From Octopus vulgaris (Eukaryota): a stretch of 64,000 bases of DNA. The notes beneath the pieces were generated by a model. It was not told the origin of the DNA, ran no database searches, and saw only the letters and a list, made by a program, of their open reading frames with translations. This document shows, piece after piece, positions 38,214-51,894 of this stretch. The position numbers were made by a program, and so were the translations under genes. Within the stretch, counting starts at the first letter, position 1, and every line of letters starts with the position of its first letter. The stretch is taken from NCBI GenBank assembly GCA_951406725.2, contig OX597822.1, positions 58,528,001 through 58,592,000 of the forward strand, given 5' to 3'.

Positions 38214-38700
38214 TATAATAGAATGAATTATTATTTTTAAAAACTCAACTGGCCCTGCTCTATTCCATGTCATCTCGTAACAAATCAAGGCGGAAAATGA
38301 CTCCCGAAAGTTCCCTAAACACAACTGGGCAAATTCCTCTGAGAACTACCAGGCAGTTCATTTCGCGACCAGGTGGTACCCATTTCGATCCTACAGTATA
38401 GTTTTAATTAATATTTTTACTATGGCTCCCGAACGACATGTTGTCATATGAATGAAATTACGGAAACTGTGTGGAAGTCCTTCAGATCCATTGTAACTGT
38501 AACTTTAAGGGCCAGCCTTATAACACAACGTTGCACTAGTTCTAGTTGAGAATTACGTTAAGGTGGATGTATTTGTGAAATACCCTGGCACTTTGCATAC
38601 AAATTCACATTATCGAGCAACTGGACGTTCATACGTCGACGTCGAAGGAGAAAGAGGTCATCACCTTCGTACACGCGCACTCACATACACATACAACAGC

Positions 38701-38775
<75 letters not shown>

Positions 38776-38776
<1 letters not shown>

Positions 38777-39297
38777 GCTTCTGATCTTAACTGATTGGAA
38801 GTGTTATCATGTACATTGTTTTGTCTTGGTATAAAAGATGGGCTACAGCAAATATTCTGCTCAATACCACAGATTTGCTTGTCAGTTGTTTGACCTTAAC
38901 CAGTTGAGCATGTCCCTTAGTGGCTGACGATATGTGCATCTCTGATCACGAGCAGAAGTAGTGGGGGAGCATCATAGCCATGTGTTGAGAGGGATTCTTT
39001 GGGGTTTGAATAATTCACCTCTGGAAACATGGGTGGTTCTTTCAACATCCTTAAACAACCCTTATTCAGGGACCTTTTGAGCGAGATGGGCTACTCAACC
39101 TGAAGAAATTTCTAACTGGGCCCCACCTGCAAGGTCATGTGCTGTTTATCTTGATATGAGATCACCATGTCGTGCACATATGGTTGTGATGCATGTGCCT
39201 GGTGTACCCTTATCAGACGGGCAGTCATGATGGGTATATTGGGCTTCGTATATTTTACCCCAGTGTCACTTTGATGGCATGAACTGCTCTCTCACTC
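38776..39297 (+). mobile_element. ~520-bp non-coding insert splitting an (AAT)n tract (probably the 3' UTR of a TAA-targeting non-LTR element)
   Basis: (AAT)n directly on both sides (38701-38775 and 39298-39324); no ORF. Confidence 0.5.
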
Positions 39298-39324
39298 AAT
39301 AATAATAATAATAATAATAATAAT

Positions 39325-39525
39325 GGTTTCAAATTTTGTCACAGGGCCAGCAATTATAGGGAGGTCAAACCAATGACATCGACCTTAATATTTGACTGGT
39401 ACTTTATTTTATCAATTTCGAAAGAATGAAAGGCAATGTTGACCTCCGCGGAATTTGAACTCAGAACGTAAAGACGGACAGAACACCGCTAAACATTTTG
39501 TCCGGAGCGCTAACGATTCTGCCAT
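39325..39525 (-). mobile_element. SINE S2
   Basis: Reverse complement of the S2 sequence. Confidence 0.75.
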
Positions 39526-39857
39526 TTTTCTTAGAATGTATCAAGATATATTTTCATGTAAACCTTTACCAAAGTGGTCTATAAATACGGATCAAAGATT
39601 TAGGGTTATGTATGTATGTATGTATGTATGTATGTATGTATGTATGTATGTATGTATGTATGTATGTATGTATGTATGCTTGTATGTATGTATGTATGTA
39701 TGTATGTATGTATGTATGCATGTATGTATGTGCATGTATGTATGTGAGTATAAATGTATGTATATGCATGCATGTATATATCTATATATGTGTATACATA
39801 TATAAGTGTATGCGTTTGTATGTATGTGTGTATATGTATAATATATTTCTCTCCCCG

Positions 39858-39915
<58 letters not shown>

Positions 39916-40964
39916 TCATGCACACACACACAAACTTTCATTCATACATTCATACACAGATACTTACACACACACACACATATATATATAAGTATGTATG
40001 TATACACACACGCATACAGAAATACAGACAGACAGACATACACGTTTGACCAGGAAGAACCTCCCACAAGCTGTCTCAAAGAAACCAGCTGCTCTACCCG
40101 GATGTTTCTACAGACCACCACCACCACCACCACCACCATCATCAACATCACCCGTCCACCTCATCCATACGGCAACAGCCAGCCACCCGCTACGTTACTA
40201 CATACCTCACTACCATCCGTTACGACAGCCCATAGCACCTTAATGGAAGCGCGGGCTGGCCAAAGAGAGAAAGAAAGGGAGGTGCGCACAGAATGAGGGA
40301 TGAAGGGACGAAGCAAGTAAGAAAGAAAGAAAGAGAGGGGGAGTCACAGACAAAGACGAAGAGAGAGGGAGACAAATAGAGCGAAATATAGGGAGATAGT
40401 TGAGAGAGATATAGGGAGTGATAGAGAGGAAGCATATAGAATAAAAGAGACAGAGAGGTGAGTGAGAGATGAGAGAGAAAGAGAGTGAGATGGAGAGAGA
40501 GAAAGAGAGAAAAAAGGAAAATCGAGGGAGAGAAACTGAGAGAAAGAACGGAAAAAAGAAAAAGAAAAAGTGAGAGAGTGAGGGAGATGAAAAGAGAGAG
40601 AGAGAGGGGGGGGGAGACAGACAGACAGCGAGGATCGTTTTTCCTTTCACAGTTATGCTTTGTCAATGTGATACCAATAAAAATCAAAGATGCTCTCTAC
40701 GCAAGAAGTTGTTTTGAAATAACGGTTTGTATGTAGATATGTGTGCATTCGTATTTTTGTGAATATACATGCAGTTCACTGTATATGTACTTGTCAAAGG
40801 GGAGCGCTATAGACCCTTGTATAGTATATGTAAATGAAGGTATGTATGAATGGATGTATGTTCTATAGTTTTTAAAAAAATTTTCAGCCATCATCGTTAA
40901 ACCTTAAGCAGGAGCACCACCTTCATTGTATTATATATGTGAGTGCATGCGTACGTATCTCTAC

Positions 40965-40995
<31 letters not shown>

Positions 40996-41554
40996 TGTAT
41001 GTATGTATGTATGTATGTATGTATGTATGTATGTATGTATGTGTGTGTGTATGTATGTATGTATGTATGTATGTATGTATGTATGTATGTATATGTCAGT
41101 GACAAGGGAGAAGTAGGGTTAGTCAATGAGTATGTGTGTGTTTGTAGTTGACCGAGAGATCTTGAAGGCGCGGAACATAAAGATCGTTCGTTCAATCCTT
41201 GCATAGGCTAGCGTGTTGTGTCCTTTGAACGACGAACTCATACCCAGATAAAATGGAACTCTTGCTAAGATGCTAGTGTAGTTCTTTCTCGCTCTGACTG
41301 TCACATGTTCAGCCGAGTCAGAAGTAAGAAAGCCGAAAAGATGTCTGTTTTTTTTTTTTTTTTTTTCAAGATCACAGAGGTCCGCTCCGAATTAAACTGG
41401 ACCTAAGGTACAGACTCTGATGAAACTACACTGACAATATTGTAAATTTGCATCTGCAACAGTGTACGGTCGCTGCAGTGGAAGTCATGGTACTACTATG
41501 CTGTAAATAACTGTAAAATAAATTATCGATGTGCAAATCTCCATTTCCCTTATC

Positions 41555-41990
41555 AGACACTTTCCTCTTTGGCCGAGGCCTCATCAACTTTTTCAAGTTT
41601 CACTTGAAAACAAAGATGAGAGTAGAGAGGGAAGTGCTGTCCGATAGCAATTTTGCTGAAAGGTGGATAAATGTCGCAAGAATGGCTAGTATGAAAGGAG
41701 CCATTCTGAGGTTACACCTGTGAATTAAAAAGGTAATATAAAAAGAGAAAGGGGCTCTCTACCCCCCTTTTGATTAGGCTCCCGTTGGCTTTTATGGATT
41801 TTTTCCACCAGGAACCTTTCGTAACGCCTCCCCCTATTGGGAGTTTTTCGTTGTTATATTTTCGTTGTTAAACTGCTTTTTACTCGTTTTTTCTCACAAA
41901 CGGACAAAACCCTTTGTAACCTTTCGTCCTGTTTTGTCCCTTTATGTAATAATTGATTTTTGTCAGCCCTTGTGGCAATAAAAGAATTAA
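41555..41990 (+). mobile_element. 3' end of an L1/Tx1-like LINE (ORF2 C-terminus plus 3' UTR)
   Basis: GRGLINFFKFHLKTKMRVEREVLSDSNFAERWINVARM..HL*, then a UTR ending CAGCCCTTGTGGCAATAAAAGAA and (ATT)n. Clade is inferred from the F..RW-type terminus. Confidence 0.55.
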
Positions 41991-42212
41991 TTATTATTAT
42001 TATTATTATTTTACATGCTGCGGAATATTTGCAGTCCTGAGTATGACACACGGAATTGCGCAACAAGGAAATTTATTCATGTCTAACAACTTATCATAGG
42101 CAAGGGCATAGAATACAGACCGTTGTGTTAGCCGATGTCTGGAACTGAACTGAGTGCAAGCACGGTATCCGCCTGGTATCCCTGCAAATTCACACACACA
42201 CACACACGACAC

Positions 42213-42283
<71 letters not shown>

Positions 42284-42574
42284 AATTTTGTCATGCAATC
42301 AGTATACCGAAACGTACAGTGATCATTAAGCTGTTGAATGATATTAACATCCTGTTATGTCATAAATGAAGGTTTCGTGCTCTTTTAATGTACCAAGAGC
42401 GAAATGCCTTAGTACGGATCAGTGCTCGACCGGTTATAGCAGCAACTTGGAGTTGGATTACTATTAATTTCTGATATGAAAATACGTATTTAGGATTCGA
42501 ATATGCCCTTGACATGATGCGTCATCGTTCAAATATTTTTGCTTATTTATGTGACTGATATCCTCTCTATGAAT

Positions 42575-42790
42575 ATTGATTTCAAATTTTGGCTCAAGGC
42601 CAGTAAGTATTAGGGAGGGGCTAAGTCTATTACATCAACCCCAGTGTTCAACTGATATTTATTTTATCAACTTCGAAATGATGAAAGGTAAAACCGACCT
42701 TGGCGGAATTTGAATTCAGAACGCAAAGACGGACGAAATGCCGCTAAGCATTTTACCCGGCGTACTAACGATTCTGCCAGCTCATCGCCG
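42575..42790 (-). mobile_element. SINE S2, full length
   Basis: Reverse complement of the S2 sequence. Confidence 0.85.
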
Positions 42791-43096
42791 TTATTTTCTC
42801 TATGAACTGGAGAAATTGGTATAATCTGTAAAACAATGCACATCATCATGGCCGTTTTAACAGCATTATAGTCCTCTGAGAAAATCAATGCGTTTGGGTT
42901 GTTAGTATTTACTTATTGACAGCATGATATAACTAACATACATGGATCAGAAATTGGCCCCTGAACTTGTTGGGAACTATGGGCAACTCTCCAGTGTACA
43001 CTTAAGACAGCACTGCTTACCATTTCACTGTATTTGACCAGAATGAATGTCTCTAGGCACACAGTACAGGGACAGCCTGATCGTCGATGTCTAGAA

Positions 43097-43428
43097 CAGT
43101 GGTTCACAAGCGGGGTCTATTTAAGGCTTTGGAGGTTCACACAGCAAAATAGTAAATTGGGGAGCCACAATAGTATTTTAAGGGCCTCTGAAAAATTATG
43201 CTTTAGATGTATGTATTGGTATGTACTTCAAGAAACAGCTAGGTTTCTTTATACAGTTCAACCTACACATGTTAATGTGTAAAAAAAAAACTAAGTGGGA
43301 ATTTCAAAGAAGTTTCTATAAAACTAATTTTAAACATCGAATGGCTATTTGGTGGGGGTGGGGGGTCTACCAGAATAAAATATTAATCAAAGGAGTCCAA
43401 AGATAAAAAAAATGGTTAAAAAACCCTC
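43097..43428. mobile_element. hAT MITE
   Basis: CAGTGGTTCACAAGCGGGGTC..GGTTAAAAAACCCTC; decayed TSD GTCTAGAA/ATCTACAC. Confidence 0.6.
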
Positions 43429-43991
43429 ATCTACACTATCAACATTCTGAATTTCTCCTTCCCCCATGAATCTCATTGATTTATAAGCTGAGAAACAAAC
43501 GTGACGATGCCAATAGTATTGACGTTCTTGTGAAAGTACTGTTCTTTTTTCCTGACTAAACCTTTCAAAAGAGTAATGTTCCCAAAGTAAATGTCTTACA
43601 CCAATTTTTTATGTCGCTTTATGAGTTTTTTTTAATGTTGAAAACCCTACCAGAGTTTCACGTTCCCTTTTATCTCTCTCTCTGAATCTTTATTAAGTTC
43701 CAATCAGATATCATACCCTATGTACAGCTTTTTTTTCTATTACTGTTGTGTCCTTTTGCCAATATGAGAGATCTATATCCACTCGCAATGTATTAGTCGA
43801 CTTGGGCTATTTAGTAGTAGACACTTGTCCAAACTGCTGCGCTTAAGACAATGTGAATGCAAAGCGAGCTTCTTAACCACACAGCCATGCCCGTACGTGC
43901 GGGCATCATCATCATCATCACCACCACCACCACCACCACCACCACCAAAACCACCACCACCACCACCACCACCACCACCACCACCACCACC

Positions 43992-44052
<61 letters not shown>

Positions 44053-44078
44053 CCACCATCATCATCATCACCACCACC

Positions 44079-44129
<51 letters not shown>

Positions 44130-44600
44130 GGCAGCTAGCTGGCAGAATCGTTTACACGTCGGACGAAATGCTTAGCGTTATTTCGTCTGTCTTCATGTTC
44201 TGAGGTCAAATTCCGTTGAGGTCGACCTTACCTTTCGTCCTTTCGGACTCGATGAAAAAACTACCAGTCAAGTACTGCGGTCTTTGTAATCGGTTATCCC
44301 TCTCTCTCCAAACTTCAGACTTTGTGCCTTCAATAGAAAGGATCATCATCATCATCTTCATCATCATCATCATTATTATTATTATTGCGACGAGCTGGCA
44401 GAATCATTAGCACGCCGAGCGAAATGCAAGCGATATTTGGTCTCCCGTTACGTTCAGAGTTCAAATTCCGCCGAGGTCGACTTTGCCTTTCATCATTTCG
44501 GGGTCAATAAAATTGGTAGCAGTTACACACTGGAATTGATGTAATCGACTTAATCCATTCCCCCAAATTTGAGGCCTTGTGCTTCCAGTAGAAAGGATTG

Positions 44601-44641
<41 letters not shown>

Positions 44642-45400
44642 GCGAGCTGGCAGAATCGTTAAGCACGCCGGGCGAAATGCTTAGCGGTATTTCGTCTGTT
44701 GTTACGTTTTGAGTTCAAATTCCGCCGAGGTCGACTTAGCCTTTCATCCTTTCGGGGTCGATAAATTAAGTACCAGTTACGCACTGGGGTCGATGTAATC
44801 GACTTAATACCTATGTCTGTCTTTGTTTGTCCCCTCTATGTTTAGCCTCTTGTGGGTAATAAAGAAATAGGTATTTCGTCTGCCGCTACGTTCTGAGTTC
44901 AAATTCTCCGAGGTCGACTTTGCCTTTCATCCTTTCGGGGTCGATAAATTAAGTACCAGTTGCGCACTGGGGTCGATGTAATTGACTTAATACCTATGCC
45001 TGTCCTTGTTTGTCCTCTCTATGTTTAGCCTCTTGTGGGTAATAAAGAAATAGGTATTTCGTCTGCCGCTACGTTCTGAGTTCAAATTCTCCGAGGTCGA
45101 CTTTGCCTTTCATCCTTTCGGATCGATTAAATAAGTACCAGTTACGCACTGCGGTCGATATAAGCGACTTAATCCGTTTGTCTGTCCTTGTTTGTCCTCT
45201 CTGTGTTTAGCCCCTTGTGGGTACTAAAGAAATAGGTACTTCGTCTGTCGCTACGTTCTGAGTTGAAATTCTGCCGATGTCGACTTTGTCTTTTATCTTT
45301 TTGGGTCGATAAATTAAGTATCAGTAAAACACTAGGTCGATGTAATTGAGAAGCTCCGTCCTCCAAGATTTCCGACCTTGTGCATATAGCAGAAAGGATT
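44130..45400 (+). mobile_element. SINE S2 cluster including a head-to-tail array of ~183-bp units (44686-45400)
   Basis: Units restart at GGTATTTCGTC at 44686, 44870, 45053 and (GGTACTTCGTC) 45235. Confidence 0.9.
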
Positions 45401-46576
45401 TTTATTATTTTTGTTGTTGTTGTTAAGGAGACTGGCAGTTGCTTCAGCTTATAAGTTTCCTTCTCAACGTCACCGATGTTATCCAGATGAAAGTCCATCT
45501 TAAGTCTAATACACCTTGACAACGGTGTCATCGCAAACATTGTCAGCATGCAAAGAGCTGGATTAGATACTCCAATGCTTCTTGCCCGACCCTTTAACAA
45601 TTCCGCCAATCCCCCGGCAAGCTGGCAGAATCGTTAGCACGGTTGGCAAAATGCTTAGCGGCATTTCTTCTAGATTTGCGTTCTAAGTTCAAATTCCACC
45701 AAGACCAAAATTGCCTTTTTATCCTTGCAAGGTTGATGTAATATATACCGGTTGAACTCTGGGGTCGATATTATCAACTAGACCTCTCCCCTTAAATTTC
45801 AGGACTTGTGCCTATAGCAGAAAGAGAAAAAAAAAGGTTGACGTCGGCCAGTAGCGTAGTTGGACTGGACAAGGACGACAGTGGTCTGCCCCAGGTGATG
45901 TTTTTACGGAGACGGTACTTCTGGGTCTGGTGTATAAAACAATATAGGACTTTGATTAGGCGGAAAACTCAAAGGCTCTCAACTCTAGCTATGTCATTGA
46001 CCTCAGCGGTATTTGAACTCAGAACGTAGAGGCATTCTATCTAACGCTCTATAACCGCCTTGTCAATTCGTCACCTTCTCGCCCTTAACTCATCTTGAAA
46101 AAAGAAAAGAAGTGGAATGGGTGAGATAAACATATAAAAGAAAAAGGCAGAAATACACAGTAAAAAAACAAAACAAAAAATAAGACAAGAACAACAATAA
46201 TATAAAAGCCTACAATAAAGACGTTGACAACAACGACAACAACAATAACAACAACAGGATAAAAATCAACAAGAACGGCCATAAAACCCCGAGTAACGCA
46301 GAAAAGAAAGTCTGATCTCGTGTTTTGGGTTCATTTTATTTCGTTAAGAATATAAAAAGTTATTCAATTGAATGGTTAATGAAGCGGAAAGATGAGAAAG
46401 TGTAACAAATCTACTCTCCCTAAGTATTTGAGTCATAAAGATTACAGAACAAAAGTAACGAGAGAATTATATAACGCTGTTTGCCATCCCACACATATGT
46501 CCCCGATACACCAATCAAATCTATCTATCTTTGTATGCTTGTATCTATTCACGGTACTCGTTTAGTAAACTGTCTG

Positions 46577-46628
<52 letters not shown>

Positions 46629-46687
46629 CCTTTTCTATCTATCTATCTATCTACCTTTTCTATCTATCTATCTATCTATCTACCTTT

Positions 46688-46787
<100 letters not shown>

Positions 46788-46825
46788 CCATTTCTATCTA
46801 TCTATCTATCTACCTACCATTTCTG

Positions 46826-47024
46826 TGATAACGATCCCTATTGATCCACCCCCCCCCCCTTTTTTAAAATTTTATTTTATCCCCCCCTTTTTTGTCCTCT
46901 TTCTTTCCATTTACGATCCCTTTTGATCGAAAACCAAACACCCTTCTTTTACCCCCAAAAGAAAAGCTCTACCTTGTAAGTTTGTCCTGTCTGTGTGCAG
47001 CCCTGTGTGGCTAATAAAGAAACA
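46826..47024 (+). mobile_element. L1/Tx1-like 3' UTR fragment embedded in (TATC)n
   Basis: Homologous to 1-228; (TATC)n upstream and TATCTATCTACC downstream. Confidence 0.55.
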
Positions 47025-47546
47025 TATCTATCTACCTTTTCAACACTGCGTCAACTGCCCGTCCCAGTTACTGCTCCTATTTTAGAGGTAAAGCCTTTTT
47101 TAAATACGCAAAACGCGGGGTGTGAATCAACTTTCTTAATCTTGTAACTGTGACTCATTTATAACCAAACAGCACAGCTATTCGTTCATTCACTAAATTT
47201 TAATTTATTTGAATTTACTACGATTCATTGGCTGGGATGTTTCTTTTTTTTTTAGGCGATTGTGTATACGTTTGTACGTTTATGTACGAGTTGGCGTTCT
47301 ACATACAGAAAAAGCGTGATGCATACATACATTTCTGCAAACTCACACACACTCATACACACACACACACACATACTCTCTCTCTCTCTCTCTCTCCACA
47401 CAACAGATTTTACATCTGTATCCATTTATATACGTAAACATATCTATCTATCTATCTATCTATGTATCTATGTATCTATCTATCTATCTATCTATCTATC
47501 ATCTATCTATCTATCTATGTCTGTTTGTCTGTCTGTCTGTCCGTCA

Positions 47547-47595
<49 letters not shown>

Positions 47596-47614
47596 TATAT
47601 ATATATTTTCATTA

Positions 47615-47652
47615 GAACTGTCTGACGAACGGGAACGTGAAAAGCTGAGTTT
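47615..47652 (+). ncRNA. Decayed minimal type I HHR at the start of a pLTR-like segment
   Basis: AACTGT-CTGACGA-ACG-GGAA-CGT-GAA-AGCT-G-AGTT; palindromic AGCT stem III, cleavage position damaged. Confidence 0.5.
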
Positions 47653-47989
47653 TTGTGATAATTTTGCAACTTTAATATGTGTGTATGTTTACTTTAATAA
47701 AAGTGTACATACATACATATTTGGATGGATCGGTGGTATTCCGTCTAATGTGACTCCGTTCAGAAGGTTGTGTTCTGGTTTGGTAGGAACCCGGTAAAGA
47801 AATAGACGGAACAAAAGCGATAACTTTAAATACGTTTATTGTGCCCACACGTATATATACACAAACTGAATGACAGTAGCTGATGGACATTTATTCATAT
47901 ATCTACATGCATCTGCGTGGGTTAGCTCACGAACATATATATATATGTATGTATGTATGTGTGTGTGTGTGTGTGTGTCTATGTGTATT

Positions 47990-48159
47990 AGTGTGTCTGT
48001 GTTTGTCCCCCAACATCGCTTGACAACCGATGGTGGTGCGTTTACGTCCCTGTAACTTAGCAGTTCGGCAAAAGAGACCGATAGAATAAGTACTAGGCAG
48101 TACTTCCAATTCCAGCATGGCCGCATCAAATGACTGAAACAAGTAAGAGAGTAAAAGAG

Positions 48160-48160
<1 letters not shown>
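47990..48160 (+). mobile_element. SINE S1 3' half
   Basis: Match to the S1 tail. Confidence 0.8.
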
Positions 48161-48205
<45 letters not shown>

Positions 48206-49439
48206 AGCTGTGACTATGACATTAAAGTATCACACACACACACAGTTACGAAAGCGATGTAGCTTAGAAATAAGTGTAAAATGAAACATTTTCTTTTCTT
48301 TTCTTTTTTTCCTTTCAACAGATGCAAAGGCCCTGGTGAACACTAATACTGCCATCTTCTAAAAAGCCTTTTACACTACCTTTCAACTATATATTGTTAT
48401 CACGTCGATGCAGAAGGTTTTCAAGCGTACTGAAAAGTTTTTTTTGTATATTTCAAATAAAATTTCCTTTTGTTAGAAATATTCAGTTTGTGTAGTAAAT
48501 ATGTAGTAAATACTGCAGTCAGCAATGGACGCTTTGTGTGTTGATTGTTAAGTGAAAAGGTTTGTTAAGGTCATCGCTGCATCGTGTTACGGTTGGTAGT
48601 CGTATTTTTGGGTGCAAGGCGTACTGCTCTATTCTGTTTGACAATACCACATGGCCCTCGAGTGCACTCAGTAGAGTTCGCTGTATTGCAAGTATTCGAA
48701 CCAGACTTCCGGCCTGAGGAGTTTCGTGACATTTCTGTGTACAACGACTCTCTACACTTCCCTCGATGGGCAAGACATTACAAGGTTCTAGTTAAAAACT
48801 GGTGAGATGGGGTTTCGTAGGAACCTGGTTCAATTAACTTTCTCAAGTTCAGCTAGAACTAAGCTAAAAAAAGAGATCAGGAAATCTTCTTTGTCTAAAG
48901 TGCATTTCGTACACACGTATGTACGTACGTACGTACGTATGTATGTATGTATGTATGTATGTATGTATGTATGTATGTATGTATGTATGTATGTATGTAC
49001 GTACGTATGTATGTATGTATGTACGTACGTACGCATGCGCACGCGCGAGTATGTTTGTGTCTTCTTAACATTGCAAATGAGTGTCACTGTCATACAAGCG
49101 GCGTCATCATCGGAAAATATTACCTTGCCTAGAAATAAGTGAGGGCTGTTTGGCGAAAGGAGGTGTCTAACTTTAGTAAATATGTGTCAGTACTCTCAGT
49201 TGAACCCCTGCAAACAAGGATAATTGAACAGTAAAACGACGATTATATCTGTCTATCAATCAATCAATCAATCAATCACTCACTCTATCTATCTTTCTAT
49301 CTATCTACACACACATATATTCGATAGATTTACCAAATGCCACAAGCCCTCACGCACACCTTAGTCATTACACACACATATAGATAGATCTAGATGTACA
49401 TACATATATATATATACATACATACGTATATATATATAG

Positions 49440-49522
<83 letters not shown>

Positions 49523-49659
49523 TATACAAAGTATGGGAGTTAATTCACAGGTTATCTAAACGACTAGGTACGCTGGGTGAGTGCTGTAACGGATTACCAG
49601 GGCTCCGAGGTTAGCCGAGACGGTAGTTATGGAGCCATTGCAGATTTTCGATATAGTGG

Positions 49660-49814
49660 ATATATAATTGTTAAAGAGGACAGCAAACATTAAGGCAAGG
49701 CAAACAACACAAGTCATATACTTTATTATTATTTTCCCAGTAATAATAACGTATATAACTAGAGATGTTTGTCTTGCCTTAACGTTTGTTGTCCTCTTTA
49801 ACAGTTATGTATAT
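49660..49814. repeat. Imperfect ~155-bp fold-back
   Basis: TGTTAAAGAGGACAGCAAACATTAAGGCAAGGCAAACA.. pairs with ..TGTTTGTCTTGCCTTAACGTTTGTTGTCCTCTTTAACA. Confidence 0.75.
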
Positions 49815-49835
49815 ATATAGATAGGTAGATAAATA

Positions 49836-50696
49836 TCAGGCTGAGTAAAAAGTAAGCAACTATGAGGAATTTGTACAGGGTTTTTGTACAGTATTGAAAT
49901 TTATTCAAACATTTTTTTGTAATTGCCTGATAATACAGATACAGACTTGCCCAAATTCATCAATAAAATTACATTGATATTTTATTCACCGTTGTGACAA
50001 TCATCTGAAATGAAACCGTCAAAGCGCAATATTCGTGCAATTTTGCTTTTCAACTTCAAAAAAGGATGGAAAGCATTTGAAACTGATCGTGATATCAATG
50101 AAACGTTTGGTGAGGGAATGACCAGGGAGTGGTCAGCTCGAAAAATGGTTTAAACGATTTCGCTGTGGAGACCTGAGCCTTGAAGATCGTAAGCATAGTA
50201 GACGTACATGTCATCGATGATGGTCAATTAAAGACCGTCATTGAGAAAGATCCACGTAAAACCACTCGAGAACTGGCAAAAGAACTTCAAGTTACCCAGA
50301 AAACTGCCTGCAACCATTTGCATGCGGTTGGAAAATCAAAACAGCTCGACAAATGTGTTTGAATGAAACAGCTCGACAAACGGTTTGAATGAAAATCATA
50401 AAAATGCGCCGATATGGAATTTGCTCATCGCTTCTTCTCCATAACCAGACCGATCCATTTCTCGACCGTGTTATAATTTGCAATGAAAAGTGGATTCTGT
50501 ACAATAATAAAAAACGTCATTCGCAATGGTTGGACCAAAAGGAAGCACCGGAAACCTTCCCTAAACCTGACCTCTTTGGCAAAAATGTGTTGGTTGCAAT
50601 GGTACTTACTTTGATGAATGAAGTTTCCGCAATTGTTGAAATATATTGTGATGAATTGTATGTTTCAAAACGATGCTTACTTTTTACTCAGCCTGA
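49836..50696 (+). mobile_element. Mariner element of the same family as 32218-33455, internally deleted
   Basis: TIRs TCAGGCTGAGTAAAAAGTAAGCA / TGCTTACTTTTTACTCAGCCTGA with TA flanks; ATG at 50010; DRVIICNEKWILYNN; jumps from KPDLF to the last codons. Confidence 0.9.
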
Positions 50697-50779
50697 TAGA
50701 TACATATATATATGCATACTTATAATTATGTATAGTTATGTATATTATCTATACATATACATGTATGTATGTGTGTATA

Positions 50780-50972
50780 GACGCAATCGTGACTGTGTGG
50801 TAAGCAGCTTGCTTCTGTGCTCAGTGCCACTGTGTCGCACCTTCGACAAGTACCTTCTACTATAGCTTTGGGCCGCCCAAAGACTTCTGAGTGGATTTAG
50901 TAGATGGAAACTGAAAGAAGCCTGTTGTATATATGTATATATATACACATACACACACATACACACACGCGC

Positions 50973-51008
<36 letters not shown>

Positions 51009-51322
51009 TCATGCCAACGGACGAAACTCTCGAACCTTGAGTCACTCTGTTGCTTCTGCTAAATATTAATAAATATGTGTGTGTGTGTGTATGTGTGTGT
51101 GTGTGTCTTTGTGTCGGTGATTCCCTTTCCTCTACCGCTTGACAACGAATACTGATGTGTTTACGTACTAGTAGCCTAGCGGCTCGTCAAAAAAGACAAA
51201 CAGAATAATTATCAGGCTTTGCAAAATAAGTACTGGTATCAATACCGTCATCTAAAAATCCTTGAAGGCCATGCTCTAGCATGGCGGCAGTCAAATAACT
51301 GAAACAAGTAAAAGGTAAAAGA
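50780..51322 (+). mobile_element. SINE S1 with an inserted HHR 3'-half fragment (51017-51047)
   Basis: S1 head and tail; insert reads GGAC-GAAA-CTC-TCGAACCTT-GAG-TC-ACTC. Confidence 0.65.
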
Positions 51323-51540
51323 TATATATACATATATACATATATATTTATTCACGCCAACATATACATTCATACACATCCGTTTTATTCACAAAGCTTT
51401 TATATTCACGCCCGTTCATTCATACTCGGTATTTCGTTATAGTAACGCAGGGTACAACCACGTCAGTCGCCATACAACGTTGTATTTATTGATATTAAAA
51501 GAAAATAACCTAGTATTCGATACATACATACATACATACA

Positions 51541-51576
<36 letters not shown>

Positions 51577-51581
51577 TATAT

Positions 51582-51649
<68 letters not shown>

Positions 51650-51791
51650 GTATATATGTATTTGTATTCGATTGACTGCGCTGTTTATAATATTTGCACT
51701 AAAGTATTCTTTATTACAAAAAGTGTTCGCATCTTTAACACACGCCTACACACGTTCAAGCGCGCGCGCACACACACACACACACTCACGC

Positions 51792-51846
<55 letters not shown>

Positions 51847-51894
51847 CACACGCACGCACACACACAAAGTATCTAGAACTCTAATATCAGTACT

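Noticed and set aside
41417-41470. CTGATGA followed by a possible stem (TACACTG/CAGTGTA)
   Set aside because: No GAAA strand or stem I/III partner was found, so it is not counted as an HHR.
44686-45400. Regularly spaced repeats resembling a CRISPR array
   Set aside because: Whole ~183-bp units repeat with no unique spacers, in eukaryotic context; this is a SINE array.
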